From Bacteroidia bacterium (GTDB lineage Bacteria; Bacteroidota; Bacteroidia; NS11-12g; UBA9320), in NCBI GenBank assembly GCA_965216465.1, contig CBDCFW010000005.1, positions 192,001 to 256,000 on the forward strand: a stretch of DNA of 64,000 bases, in the 5' to 3' direction. The stretch's first letter is position 1. Every line of letters begins with the position of its first letter. Both the position numbers and the translations under genes were made by a program. The notes under the pieces are model-generated. The model made no database searches. It was not told the origin of the DNA and worked only from the letters and a program-made list of their open reading frames with translations. Positions 10,901 through 20,364 of this stretch are shown here, one piece after another.

Positions 10901-11620
10901 TTCTGTCGTTCCATCACCGTAGCTCCATTCCCATGATTCAATATTTGCTGGAGCAGATGCTGAGTCATTGGTAAAACAAACCACTTGCTCATCACATTCA
11001 GCAGTTTGTTTGTTATACGTGAAGGAAGCTTTATAATCTTCAAGAAGAGAAAATGTGTACTCCCATTTATCTTCACAACCTTTATCATTAACTACCTCAA
11101 TATCAAGAGTATAAGGACTCACTTTAGGGTATTGATCATAACAGATAACATCGCCTTTACTTGGGTTGGTATTGGCATTTTGATTACCATCTCCCCAAAG
11201 AATTAACCGAGAGCTATACCCATTGGTGGTCTGCCCCATAGTGCTGTTGTCTTTGATGCATATTTCATGATCGTAAAAACAGAGGTCAGAATTATCCAAT
11301 TCGAAATCGGCTGTAGGCAGATCGTGTACCATTATTGATTTCGAAGCGGTTACGGTTGAACCATCTGAAAAAGTCACAGTAAGCTTTACAGTCTTACTTC
11401 CGATCTGACTGTAAGGATGTATGGTATTCTCTTGCGTTGAGCTTGAATTGTCTCCAAAATCCCAGGCATAAGCTGTTGCTGAGCCAGTTACATTACTTTG
11501 AAGTACAAGTAACTCATTCAGGCAAACTTCATTGTTTGACTGAATGGATACAGTCTGGGCGAAAATTTCGCCTACGCAAAAGAAAGCCAGTATGGGGTAT
11601 AGTAGTAATCTTTGATACAT
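7979..11620 (-). CDS. Large multi-PKD-domain secreted protein with T9SS type-B (gliding-motility-associated) C-terminal domain
   Basis: Repeated WDFGD PKD motifs; C-terminus NIFTPNGD..N..F..KIFNRWGE..GWNG..YFYVL; signal peptide after ATG 11620. The track's TTG 11641 lies inside a TATCTTTG promoter element (11639-11646). Confidence 0.88.
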   Translation of the reverse strand: MYQRLLLYPILAFFCVGEIFAQTVSIQSNNEVCLNELLVLQSNVTGSATAYAWDFGDNSSSTQENTIHPYSQIGSKTVKLTVTFSDGSTVTASKSIMVHDLPTADFELDNSDLCFYDHEICIKDNSTMGQTTNGYSSRLILWGDGNQNANTNPSKGDVICYDQYPKVSPYTLDIEVVNDKGCEDKWEYTFSLLEDYKASFTYNKQTAECDEQVVCFTNDSASAPANIESWEWSYGDGTTEKGSWSTNCHAYTAVGTYTVKLTVTLKNGCTNTYTQQVNINFPIVKADVKYGDTVKCFPSPFYFTNPAVRGAEYYWLVYDRDTSPVMIAGRHREVNIFPPSPNDYYVQFVVRLDDCADTSRLIKISSVGVKANFLALNRKQCSLEDTVFFANFSLAHPDADPQYQWYFDDQNAPDCIGFPTNCNEDTAFNTQHWYSDTGCYFPKLVVTDPVSGCVDSMKGLISLLNIDELVFQANMDRPCLGNKTEYGVNFTYEACELVVSVCLDSLANDQHFESVGGTHFYAQTAHDSGWVTVGFAIEAGDQRIYKSADSNDYYLDPTRVCFDTQWYHHWYQLFHEPIANFTLDKEGQCLPINATLKYNGDEDDKIDYLKYVWDPQLPIELQQVHPDTVPDLKHTYTEEGSYDIFILIQDTNGCYNYKYFQERFGYHNTFLTDTLICLGDTSLFSDSIRYYDDPQAYWERTGRAERLWWDFGDGGGFSSTQSHPSHVYQSKGKFNVRLASVDVNGCVDTVAMDVVVTGVNADIFNKEGQYLCDQIVQFFDSSYFDIDSTSDKIEHYFWDFGDYKTPSYLKDPYHYFSSNGAFTITHAVRSTAGCVDTATFDIFLNGPIPYFDIISDTVGCEPYTAEFKSTSTNFSSLIWHMGDSANTTIYASSDSVVRFKYSNPGIYNIYLEGSDSFYNEDTKNSYTCSALFPDTNAIFYPVRRIIVLPIPEVDFKFSGPACVGQPVIFESLSDSIYDIFNWIVESKDTTVLTNSYSHVFSDTGTYSVQFNPYYVPEGPYERACFDDTTYQVTVTSLNADFSFVQNGSCSEYAFTDSSTNAVSYQWDFGHPRSGNDNFSDLQNPTHAYKKDTGTFEVCLVAANDSGCLDTACNEVVGTYYEALDLYNIFTPNGDLYNEEFILEIVNQRYFNLKIFNRWGEQVFQTDDPAIGWNGRTMNVGEELPASTYFYVLQYGYACDGLDHLVEGQVELVR

Positions 11621-11684
11621 CAAGAGTTTCGATATACCCAAAGATAGCGATAATCAACAAAAAGTTGCCTAGAATCTATTCAAA

Positions 11685-12974
<1,290 letters not shown>

Positions 12975-14039
12975 TTAATAATAAGTTATTATTCGTTTTT
13001 TATTGTGTATTTGTTTGCCATCTACATATCGAACTTCTTCGACGCAATCGCCCTGTTCGTTGTAGATATATTTTGCTTTGAACTGATGGAATTTTCCATC
13101 GTAGTAATATCTTTCTGCTGGATATAGCGAGTAGCCTGAGAAAAACTCATTGCGCTTAAAAGAGCAATTTGCTTCAATCATTCGATCTCCTTCATAAGCG
13201 AAGCTGATGCCGTGACCATAAGTCCCTTTTTCAATGTGCATACTATCCACTAGGCCATTTTCATTGTAGTGATAGGTTAAACTGGTTTTATCTTCACCGT
13301 CATTTTTTCGACCCGCACCTAACCGTTCCCAACTGAACGAAGTTAGTTTGCCATCGGTATAGCCATAAAGTTCAATTGAACTCGAATCTACATCCGTATT
13401 GTCCCTATTTTTATAAGTGTTCAATAAAGAGATTATTTGACCTTCTTCGTCGTAGCCAATTTCATAGTAGTTTCCATACGTACCTTCTCTATTGTAAACA
13501 AAGACGCTAAAAAGCTTACCCCCTTTGTACACATAATCATACTGGGTTTTTGAGTGGTATTTATGCCACTTGGTGACCAAATGGCCTTCATCATCATAGC
13601 GATATTGAGTTCCTCGATAAACTTTTTCAGAGAACTTTTGGTTCTTGTAAATCGAAATAACTTCGAGCACGCTATCTCGTTTATCCCATTGATTCATTTT
13701 AACTTCAACATCGGTCTTCATCCAAAAATTATCTGGCCGGTCGAATGGAGCATGATTGAAATTGCGATACCCCTCTTCAAAAGTGTAATTCCACAGATTG
13801 CTGCGTTTTCCTTTGCTAAAAGCAATTACTTTGTAAATGCGAGATTGGTCATCAAAGAATTCTATTTTTTGAGTATCACCTTGAATAATGCTCACCATTT
13901 GGCTTGCATTTTTTGGAGCATCAAAAAAAGGAATTTGAATAAATGTCTGAGGTTTTATGATTTCGCCTTCGTAGATGTAGTCTTGTGCTAAAGCATAAGA
14001 GCAGCATAAAATAGCTATGAACGCTAATCCTTGCTTCAT
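12975..14039 (-). CDS. Hypothetical secreted protein with YD-like (YxYD/N) repeats
   Basis: 354 aa; signal peptide; YRYDDEGH, GYDEEGQ, YHYNENGL, YIYNEQGD repeats; 1-bp and 3-bp gaps to carA and eno. Confidence 0.7.
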   Translation of the reverse strand: MKQGLAFIAILCCSYALAQDYIYEGEIIKPQTFIQIPFFDAPKNASQMVSIIQGDTQKIEFFDDQSRIYKVIAFSKGKRSNLWNYTFEEGYRNFNHAPFDRPDNFWMKTDVEVKMNQWDKRDSVLEVISIYKNQKFSEKVYRGTQYRYDDEGHLVTKWHKYHSKTQYDYVYKGGKLFSVFVYNREGTYGNYYEIGYDEEGQIISLLNTYKNRDNTDVDSSSIELYGYTDGKLTSFSWERLGAGRKNDGEDKTSLTYHYNENGLVDSMHIEKGTYGHGISFAYEGDRMIEANCSFKRNEFFSGYSLYPAERYYYDGKFHQFKAKYIYNEQGDCVEEVRYVDGKQIHNKKRIITYY

Positions 14040-14040
14040 T

Positions 14041-15132
14041 TTAGTCCATCATGGCCACGAAGTCGTCAAACAGGTAGCGGCTATCGTGTGGTCCAGGACT
14101 TGCTTCTGGATGGTATTGAACAGCGAAAGCATTTTTACCAACAACACGAATTCCTTCTACAGTGTTATCGTTCAAATTAACGTGAGTAATCTCTGCTTTT
14201 CCTTCACTGTTGCTTTCAGGGTCAATTGCAAATCCGTGGTTTTGAGAAGTAATCTCACTTTTACCTGTTAATAGGTTTTGAACTGGATGATTTTGTCCTC
14301 TATGTCCGTGGTGCATTTTAAACGTCTTCATACCGACTGCTTGCGCTAAGATTTGACTACCCAAGCAGATGCCAAACATTTTTTCGTCGGCGTCAAGAAT
14401 ATCTTGTAAGGTCTTAACCGCATAAGGCATAGCAGCTGGATCACCAGGACCATTGCTGATCATGAAGCCGTCTGGATTCCAAGCTTTCATCTCCTCATAA
14501 CTCGTATCGCCCGGGAATATTTTCACATGGCATCCTCTTTCGGTTAAGCAGTTCACGATATTGTCCTTAGAACCTAAATCAAGCAAGGCTACTTTTTTTG
14601 TTCCCGCAGGATTTTCTTCGTACGATTCTTTGTGCCAAACTTTACTACTTAACTCCATACCTTCCATGCTAGGAACTTCAGCAACCATTTCTTTTAGCTT
14701 TTCAGGATCAAGAATCTCAGAACTAATAATGCAGTTCATGGCTCCTTTATCTCTGATGTGACGTACAATTTGTCTGGTATCAACATCTGATATTCCTGAA
14801 AGTCCATTTTCAATTAAATAATCGTTCAAACTTGAATCGGCCATAGTTCTTGAGAAATTTGGCGAGAACATTTTACATACCAACCCATTAATTTTAATCG
14901 AATCCGATTCTGTGTCAAATGATGCAGCCCCATAGTTCCCTATGTGGTCTGTGGTCATTACTAAGATCTGTCCGAAATATGATGGGTCTGTAAAAACTTC
15001 CTGGTAACCAGTCATTCCAGTATTGAATGCGATTTCTCCAGTGGTAGTTCCAATTTTTCCGATTGCGTTTCCTTTGAATACGGTGCCATCTTCGAGCACC
15101 AAGTAAGCTTTTTGCGAATTAATTATAGACAC
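14041..15132 (-). CDS. carA: Carbamoyl-phosphate synthase small subunit
   Basis: 363 aa, GTG start; FNTGMTGYQE, SNGPGDP, GICLG, SQNHGF, QYHPEASPGPHD. Confidence 0.97.
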   Translation of the reverse strand: MSIINSQKAYLVLEDGTVFKGNAIGKIGTTTGEIAFNTGMTGYQEVFTDPSYFGQILVMTTDHIGNYGAASFDTESDSIKINGLVCKMFSPNFSRTMADSSLNDYLIENGLSGISDVDTRQIVRHIRDKGAMNCIISSEILDPEKLKEMVAEVPSMEGMELSSKVWHKESYEENPAGTKKVALLDLGSKDNIVNCLTERGCHVKIFPGDTSYEEMKAWNPDGFMISNGPGDPAAMPYAVKTLQDILDADEKMFGICLGSQILAQAVGMKTFKMHHGHRGQNHPVQNLLTGKSEITSQNHGFAIDPESNSEGKAEITHVNLNDNTVEGIRVVGKNAFAVQYHPEASPGPHDSRYLFDDFVAMMD

Positions 15133-15228
15133 GTTGGTTTAGATTTGTGCAAAAGTAATTCTTAGACTGAAAAATAGTAGTTCTGTGGGATAATTGTTGA
15201 TTTGAATTTAGCCCCACTACTGCAAAGC

Positions 15229-16971
15229 TTAATTCAGCCAAGAAACGAGACGGCTATTTGCCTCATCTTTAATGACCAATTTAAAGTCCTTTTTAGGGCT
15301 TTTTGCATAGGCCAACTTGGTTGATCTCACAAGGCCATCGCGAGAATAAATCACTTCTACCTCATCGTTTACTTCATGCTTGCGATCGAAATCTTCAAAC
15401 TTTGAATTTAAACGCCAATTATCTATTGAAATAATTTCGTCGTTAACGCTTAAACCGGCCTCAATAGCAGGACTGTTAGCTAACACATTGCTCACGGTAA
15501 CCTTACCGTTCGACTCTTTGCTTTTAATTCCGCTCCATGCATTGCATTCTTCACTATTCAAATCATTAACCTCAATTCCAAATTCGTTGAAAATTTTATT
15601 GTAATCGAGTTCTTCGGTTGAAAAGATTACATCCGAAAAGAATGCTGATAAATCTCTGCCAGCCAGCTCGTTGCAGACTTCCATAAACTCTTCGTGCGAG
15701 AATCCTCTATTTTCTTTTTTATAGAAGGTGTTGTAGAGTGTTCGCATTACATCGTCAAGAGATTTATCACTAGCTTTTCTTATTTCTAGGTCAAGCAGCA
15801 ATGCCGCAATCATACCTTTATTGTAATAGCTGATTTCGGTGTTGATAGATTCTTCTTTTGGCATGTACCCTTTTACCCAAGCCAGCTTACTACTTTCAGC
15901 TAAGCTCATTACTTCTTTGCCCGGAGTATTTTCGTAGCGGTTGATTTGTGAAGCAATCACTTTTAAATATTCTTCTTTAGTAAAGTAGCCCGTACGGTAC
16001 ATGGTTAGATCGTCGTAGTAGGAAGTTATTCCTTCAACAATCCATAACATTTCGGTATAATTTTCACGGTCATATTCAAAAGGACCGAGTTCTTCTGGAC
16101 GAATACGTTTGACATTCCAAAGGTGAAAATATTCATGAGCAATTAAGGCCAAGAAATTCTTGTAGGTTGATGGATTAGTGTATCCCCATCTGTTTATCAT
16201 GCTGCATTGACTGTTTAAGTGTTCCAATCCTCCTCCACCTGAGCCCACATTGTAAACAAAGTGAACATACATGGGTGCAGGATGCTCTCCCATCATCTCA
16301 ACTTGCGAATCACTGATCTTTTTGAAGTCAGTTTGGATGGTCTCCATGTTGTAATTTCCTTTTCCTATCATTACAACACGGTGGTCAACTCCTCCACTTT
16401 CATAACTCACCTTATCGAAATTACCAATTGCCATTGGAGAATCGGCTAGCAAATCATAATTCTCACATGTAAATACAAAGCCTTGAGCCTTTGTTTGAGG
16501 TAGAGCCACTTCAACCTGATTCCAATCTGATCGTGGCTTAACAGTTAAAAGTATGGCCTCATTCTCTTTACCTACTATGTATCCAAATGCTGAGACACCA
16601 TGCAAGTAAGCATAATTTTCGTCGGCATAGCTTTGACGAACACTAACTGTAAAACAATATACATCGTAGCTTAACGAAACTTTGCTTGCTCCTTTTGTTG
16701 AAACTCTCCATGTATTTTTATCCAATCGTGAAACAGGCAGATCTCCTGCTGACACATGCTCAAATGCATTACTAAACTCACGAACCTTATAAGAACCGGG
16801 AGTCCAAACTGGAACTTTAAAATCGACGTAATCTTGGTTATTGATTTCGAAGTCGAGTTGAACGGTTACATAATGAGATTTTACTTTATCAAAGCTAACG
16901 GTATAGTTCATAGACTGTGCTGTAAGAGTAATTAAGGTTGCGACAAAAAAAGCGGCTATTTTATTTAGCAT
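15229..16971 (-). CDS. M61-family (glycyl) aminopeptidase with C-terminal PDZ domain
   Basis: 580 aa; signal peptide, PVWTPGSY, GGGLEH, HEYFHLWNVKRIRP, LWIVEGITSYY, SPAIEAGL PDZ motif. Confidence 0.92.
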   Translation of the reverse strand: MLNKIAAFFVATLITLTAQSMNYTVSFDKVKSHYVTVQLDFEINNQDYVDFKVPVWTPGSYKVREFSNAFEHVSAGDLPVSRLDKNTWRVSTKGASKVSLSYDVYCFTVSVRQSYADENYAYLHGVSAFGYIVGKENEAILLTVKPRSDWNQVEVALPQTKAQGFVFTCENYDLLADSPMAIGNFDKVSYESGGVDHRVVMIGKGNYNMETIQTDFKKISDSQVEMMGEHPAPMYVHFVYNVGSGGGGLEHLNSQCSMINRWGYTNPSTYKNFLALIAHEYFHLWNVKRIRPEELGPFEYDRENYTEMLWIVEGITSYYDDLTMYRTGYFTKEEYLKVIASQINRYENTPGKEVMSLAESSKLAWVKGYMPKEESINTEISYYNKGMIAALLLDLEIRKASDKSLDDVMRTLYNTFYKKENRGFSHEEFMEVCNELAGRDLSAFFSDVIFSTEELDYNKIFNEFGIEVNDLNSEECNAWSGIKSKESNGKVTVSNVLANSPAIEAGLSVNDEIISIDNWRLNSKFEDFDRKHEVNDEVEVIYSRDGLVRSTKLAYAKSPKKDFKLVIKDEANSRLVSWLN

Positions 16972-17149
16972 GTGGCAAAAGAATAAAAAAAAACAGAAGG
17001 TTCAAATGCGAATAGACGAAGCTCGGATAAGAAAGGGTAAAAGGAGGGGATAATGGTGAAAAACCTGGCTTAAACACAAAAAACTGCTAAAACCGCTGTC
17101 TGAGTCGTACATTTTACATAGTTCAATAGCTTTGTTTATGAGATTTTAT

Positions 17150-17157
17150 TATCTTTG
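17150..17157 (+). promoter_or_regulatory. -7 promoter element (TATCTTTG) of rpsA
   Basis: Exact TAnnTTTG followed by CA, 32 nt before the TTG start. Confidence 0.7.
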
Positions 17158-17189
17158 CACCCATTTTTCGCAAAGGAGGACATGACACT

Positions 17190-19292
17190 TTGACAAACAA
17201 CACAAACGAAAATCAAGAAGAAATCTTGAAAACAGCTAATGAAGCCAAGGATGCTACAGTAGCTGAATCTAACAAAACAAAGGCTGAAACAGCCGAAAAA
17301 ACAACCGAAATTTCTGAAAAGCCAGTACACAACCCAGACGATTTTGACTGGAGTATGGACAAAGCTGGATTCGGTACGTACAACGAATCTCAAAACACAG
17401 ACTTGTTGCAGATGTATGCTAACACTATCAAGCAAATTGAAGAAAAAACAATTGTATCGGGTAGAGTGGTAAGCATTAACAACGACGACGTAGTAATCGA
17501 CATCGGATTTAAATCTGACGGATTAGTTTCAAAAACTGAGTTTAGAGACAATCCTGATTTGGCCGTAGGCGATGAAGTAGAGGTTTACGTTGATGAAACA
17601 GAAAACGACTTAGGTCAATTGGTTCTTTCTCGTAAGAAAGCAGTTCAAGAAGGTGCTTGGGAAAGAATTATTTCTATTAAAGAAAACAATGAGATTATTA
17701 AAGGTTACATTCAAGCTAGAACCAAAGGTGGTTTAGTAGTAGATGTGCTTGGAATGGATGCTTTCCTTCCAGGATCTCAAATAGATGTTAAACCAGTTAG
17801 AGATTACGACCAATATGTAGGTAAAACTATGGAATTCAAGGTTGTAAAAATCAACGAGGTTTACAAAAACGTAGTAATTTCTCACAAAGCACTAATCGAA
17901 GATGATATCGAAGCACAAAAAGCTGAGATGATTTCTAAGATGGAAGTTGGACAAGTACTTGAAGGAACTGTTAAAAACATGACTTCATTTGGTGTATTTG
18001 TTGACTTAGGTGGTCTTGACGGATTATTACACATCACCGATATCTCTTGGGGTAGAATTAACCACCCAGAAGATGTTCTTGAATTGGATCAAAAGATTCA
18101 AGTTGCCGTTCTTGAGTTTGATAACGACAAGAAACGAATTTCTCTTGGTATGAAGCAATTAACTGCTCACCCATGGGATAGCATGAAAGAAATCAAAGAA
18201 GGTGAGAAAGTTAAAGGTAAGGTAGTTACTGTTGCTGATTACGGTTCATTCGTAGAAATCGAGCCAGGCGTTGAAGGATTGATTCACGTTTCTGAAATGT
18301 CTTGGTCTCAACACCTTAGAAACCCATCTGACTTTATGAAAGTTGGCGACGAGGTAGAAGCAGTAGTATTAGACATCGATAAAGAAGAGCACAAACTTTC
18401 TTTAGGTCTTAAACAACTTAGTTCAGATCCTTGGGAGAAAATTGAGGAGAAATACCCAGTTGACTCTAAGCACACTGGAATTGTAAGAAACCTTACTAAC
18501 TACGGTTTATTCATCGAACTAGAAGAAGGAGTAGATGGTCTTGTTCACGTTTCTGACCTTTCTTGGTCTAAGAAAATCAAGCACCCTGCAGAATTCACTA
18601 AGAAAGGTGAAGAACTAGAAGTAGTTGTTCTTGAAATCGATAGAGACAATAGAAGATTAAGCCTTGGTCACAAGCAGATTGATGAGAACCCTTGGGATAC
18701 TTTCGAATCAGTATTCACGTTAGGTTCTGAGCACGAAGGTGTTGTAACTGAAATCAATGACCGTGGTGTTATCTTAACTCTTCCTTATGGTGTTGAAGGA
18801 TTCTCTCCTAAAAAACACATCAAGAAAGAAGATAAGACTGAAGTAGCATTAGATGAAACAATTACAGTTCGTGTAATTGAATTCAATAAAGATGCGAAAA
18901 GAATCTTAGTTTCTCATACTGACATCTGGAAAGAAGCTGAAAGAGCACAAAATGCTGGTAAAGAAGCTGCACAGAAAAAACGTGCAAGCAGAACTTCTAG
19001 CTACGTGAACAAGCTTAACAGTGCAACTGAGAAAACAACTTTAGGTGAATTAGACGTATTAGCTGAATTAAAAGCTAAGATGGAAGGCGAACCAAAAGAG
19101 GCTCCAAAGAAAGAAGCTCCTAAAAAAGAAGCTCCAAAAGCGGAAGAGCCTAAAGCTGAGAAAGCTGAAGCTGCATCGGACGATTTAGGTTCGATGACTG
19201 TTGCTCAACTCAAAGCTCTTGCTAAAGAAAAAGGTATCACTGGATACACTTCTCTTAAAAAAGCAGAACTTGTTGAAGTATTGAGCAAATAA
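17190..19292 (+). CDS. rpsA: 30S ribosomal protein bS1 with C-terminal extension
   Basis: 700 aa; six S1 repeats (DIGFKSDG, AFLPGSQID, DGLLHITDISW, EGLIHVSEMSW, DGLVHVSDLSW); TTG start; strongly biased codon usage. Confidence 0.96.
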   Translation: MTNNTNENQEEILKTANEAKDATVAESNKTKAETAEKTTEISEKPVHNPDDFDWSMDKAGFGTYNESQNTDLLQMYANTIKQIEEKTIVSGRVVSINNDDVVIDIGFKSDGLVSKTEFRDNPDLAVGDEVEVYVDETENDLGQLVLSRKKAVQEGAWERIISIKENNEIIKGYIQARTKGGLVVDVLGMDAFLPGSQIDVKPVRDYDQYVGKTMEFKVVKINEVYKNVVISHKALIEDDIEAQKAEMISKMEVGQVLEGTVKNMTSFGVFVDLGGLDGLLHITDISWGRINHPEDVLELDQKIQVAVLEFDNDKKRISLGMKQLTAHPWDSMKEIKEGEKVKGKVVTVADYGSFVEIEPGVEGLIHVSEMSWSQHLRNPSDFMKVGDEVEAVVLDIDKEEHKLSLGLKQLSSDPWEKIEEKYPVDSKHTGIVRNLTNYGLFIELEEGVDGLVHVSDLSWSKKIKHPAEFTKKGEELEVVVLEIDRDNRRLSLGHKQIDENPWDTFESVFTLGSEHEGVVTEINDRGVILTLPYGVEGFSPKKHIKKEDKTEVALDETITVRVIEFNKDAKRILVSHTDIWKEAERAQNAGKEAAQKKRASRTSSYVNKLNSATEKTTLGELDVLAELKAKMEGEPKEAPKKEAPKKEAPKAEEPKAEKAEAASDDLGSMTVAQLKALAKEKGITGYTSLKKAELVEVLSK
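19098..19142 (+). repeat. Three imperfect 15-bp tandem repeats encoding EAPKK/EAPKA
   Basis: GAGGCTCCAAAGAAA GAAGCTCCTAAAAAA GAAGCTCCAAAAGCG within the rpsA tail. Confidence 0.8.
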
Positions 19293-19310
19293 GTTTTGAA
19301 AAGAACACCT

Positions 19311-19345
19311 AAAAAATCCCGGCCAAATGGTCGGGATTTTTTTTT
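19311..19345 (+). terminator. Intrinsic terminator after rpsA
   Basis: AATCCCGGCC/GGTCGGGATT stem followed by T9. Confidence 0.88.
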
Positions 19346-19405
19346 GAATAATCGGAATCAGATTTTTTGATTATCAAGGCAAATACAACTAATATTGAAA
19401 CTCCT

Positions 19406-19822
19406 ATGAACTATTGGTTAATTAAATCAGAACCTTTTAAATATAGCTGGCAGCAGATGCAGGATGATGGCACCACGTACTGGGATGGTGTACGCAGTTA
19501 TGCCGCCCGAATCTTTCTTAAAGAGATGAAGGTTGGAGATTTATGCCTCTTTTACCATAGCAATGAAGGAAAGGAGATTGTAGGAATTACGGAAGTTGTA
19601 AAAGAACAATATCAAGATCCTACAACTGACGATGATCGATGGGTTGCTGTTGATGTAAAAGCTATCAAATCACTCGAACAACCTATTACATTGGCAGAGT
19701 TAAAAGCAGATAACCTATTGAAAGAAATGCGTTTTGTTCGCCAGAGCCGTCTATCTGTAGCACCCGTTACTTCCAAAGAATTTAACAAAATATTGAAGTT
19801 GTCTCAAACATCGCTTCCTTAA
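19406..19822 (+). CDS. EVE domain protein
   Basis: MNYWLIKSEP, WDGVRSYAAR, MKVGDLCLFYHS, RLSVAPV; ATG 19406 preferred over the track's TTG 19367. Confidence 0.92.
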   Translation: MNYWLIKSEPFKYSWQQMQDDGTTYWDGVRSYAARIFLKEMKVGDLCLFYHSNEGKEIVGITEVVKEQYQDPTTDDDRWVAVDVKAIKSLEQPITLAELKADNLLKEMRFVRQSRLSVAPVTSKEFNKILKLSQTSLP

Positions 19823-20359
19823 ATGAAACGCGTAATTTTAGATTATAAACACGTCGATCTCATGCTCACCCGCATGTGTCACGAACTTGTAGAAAAGCAT
19901 GGCAACTTTGAAAATGCTGCGTTAATCGCATTGCAACCACGCGGTACCCAACTTGGAAAGGTGATGGCACAAAAGTTAAAATCACTTTTCAATATTTCAG
20001 TAACCTATGGTGAGTTGGACACCACATTTCATCGCGACGATTTTAGACGAACCGACAAACCGTTAATTCCGAATACTATTAGCTTAGACTTTGAGATTGA
20101 AGGAAAACATATTGTGCTTATTGACGATGTTTTGTTTACCGGACGTTCAATTAGAGCAGCATTAGATGCCATTAATGACTACGGCAGACCAGCATCTATT
20201 CAGTTGCTTGCTCTGATCAATAGAAAGTACAAAAGAGAAGTACCCATCCACCCCGATTATATTGGTGAGCATATCGACTCAAGAGCAGACGACTATGTAA
20301 AGGTAGACTGGGAAGTGAATAAATGTAAAGTTTGGATAATTAAGGACAATAAAAAATAA
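19823..20359 (+). CDS. pyrR: Bifunctional pyr regulator / uracil phosphoribosyltransferase PyrR
   Basis: 178 aa; LDTTFHRDD, VLIDDVLFTGRSIRAALDA, REVPIHPDYIG; upstream of pyrB. Confidence 0.93.
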   Translation: MKRVILDYKHVDLMLTRMCHELVEKHGNFENAALIALQPRGTQLGKVMAQKLKSLFNISVTYGELDTTFHRDDFRRTDKPLIPNTISLDFEIEGKHIVLIDDVLFTGRSIRAALDAINDYGRPASIQLLALINRKYKREVPIHPDYIGEHIDSRADDYVKVDWEVNKCKVWIIKDNKK

Positions 20360-20364
20360 TATCA

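Noticed and set aside
12975-14039. Rhs/polymorphic toxin interpretation of the YD-like protein
   Set aside because: It is too short and lacks a PxxxxDPxG core motif, toxin domain and immunity gene.
19406-19822. EVE protein as a modification-dependent restriction system
   Set aside because: It is a stand-alone EVE domain with no fused or adjacent nuclease, ATPase or methylase.
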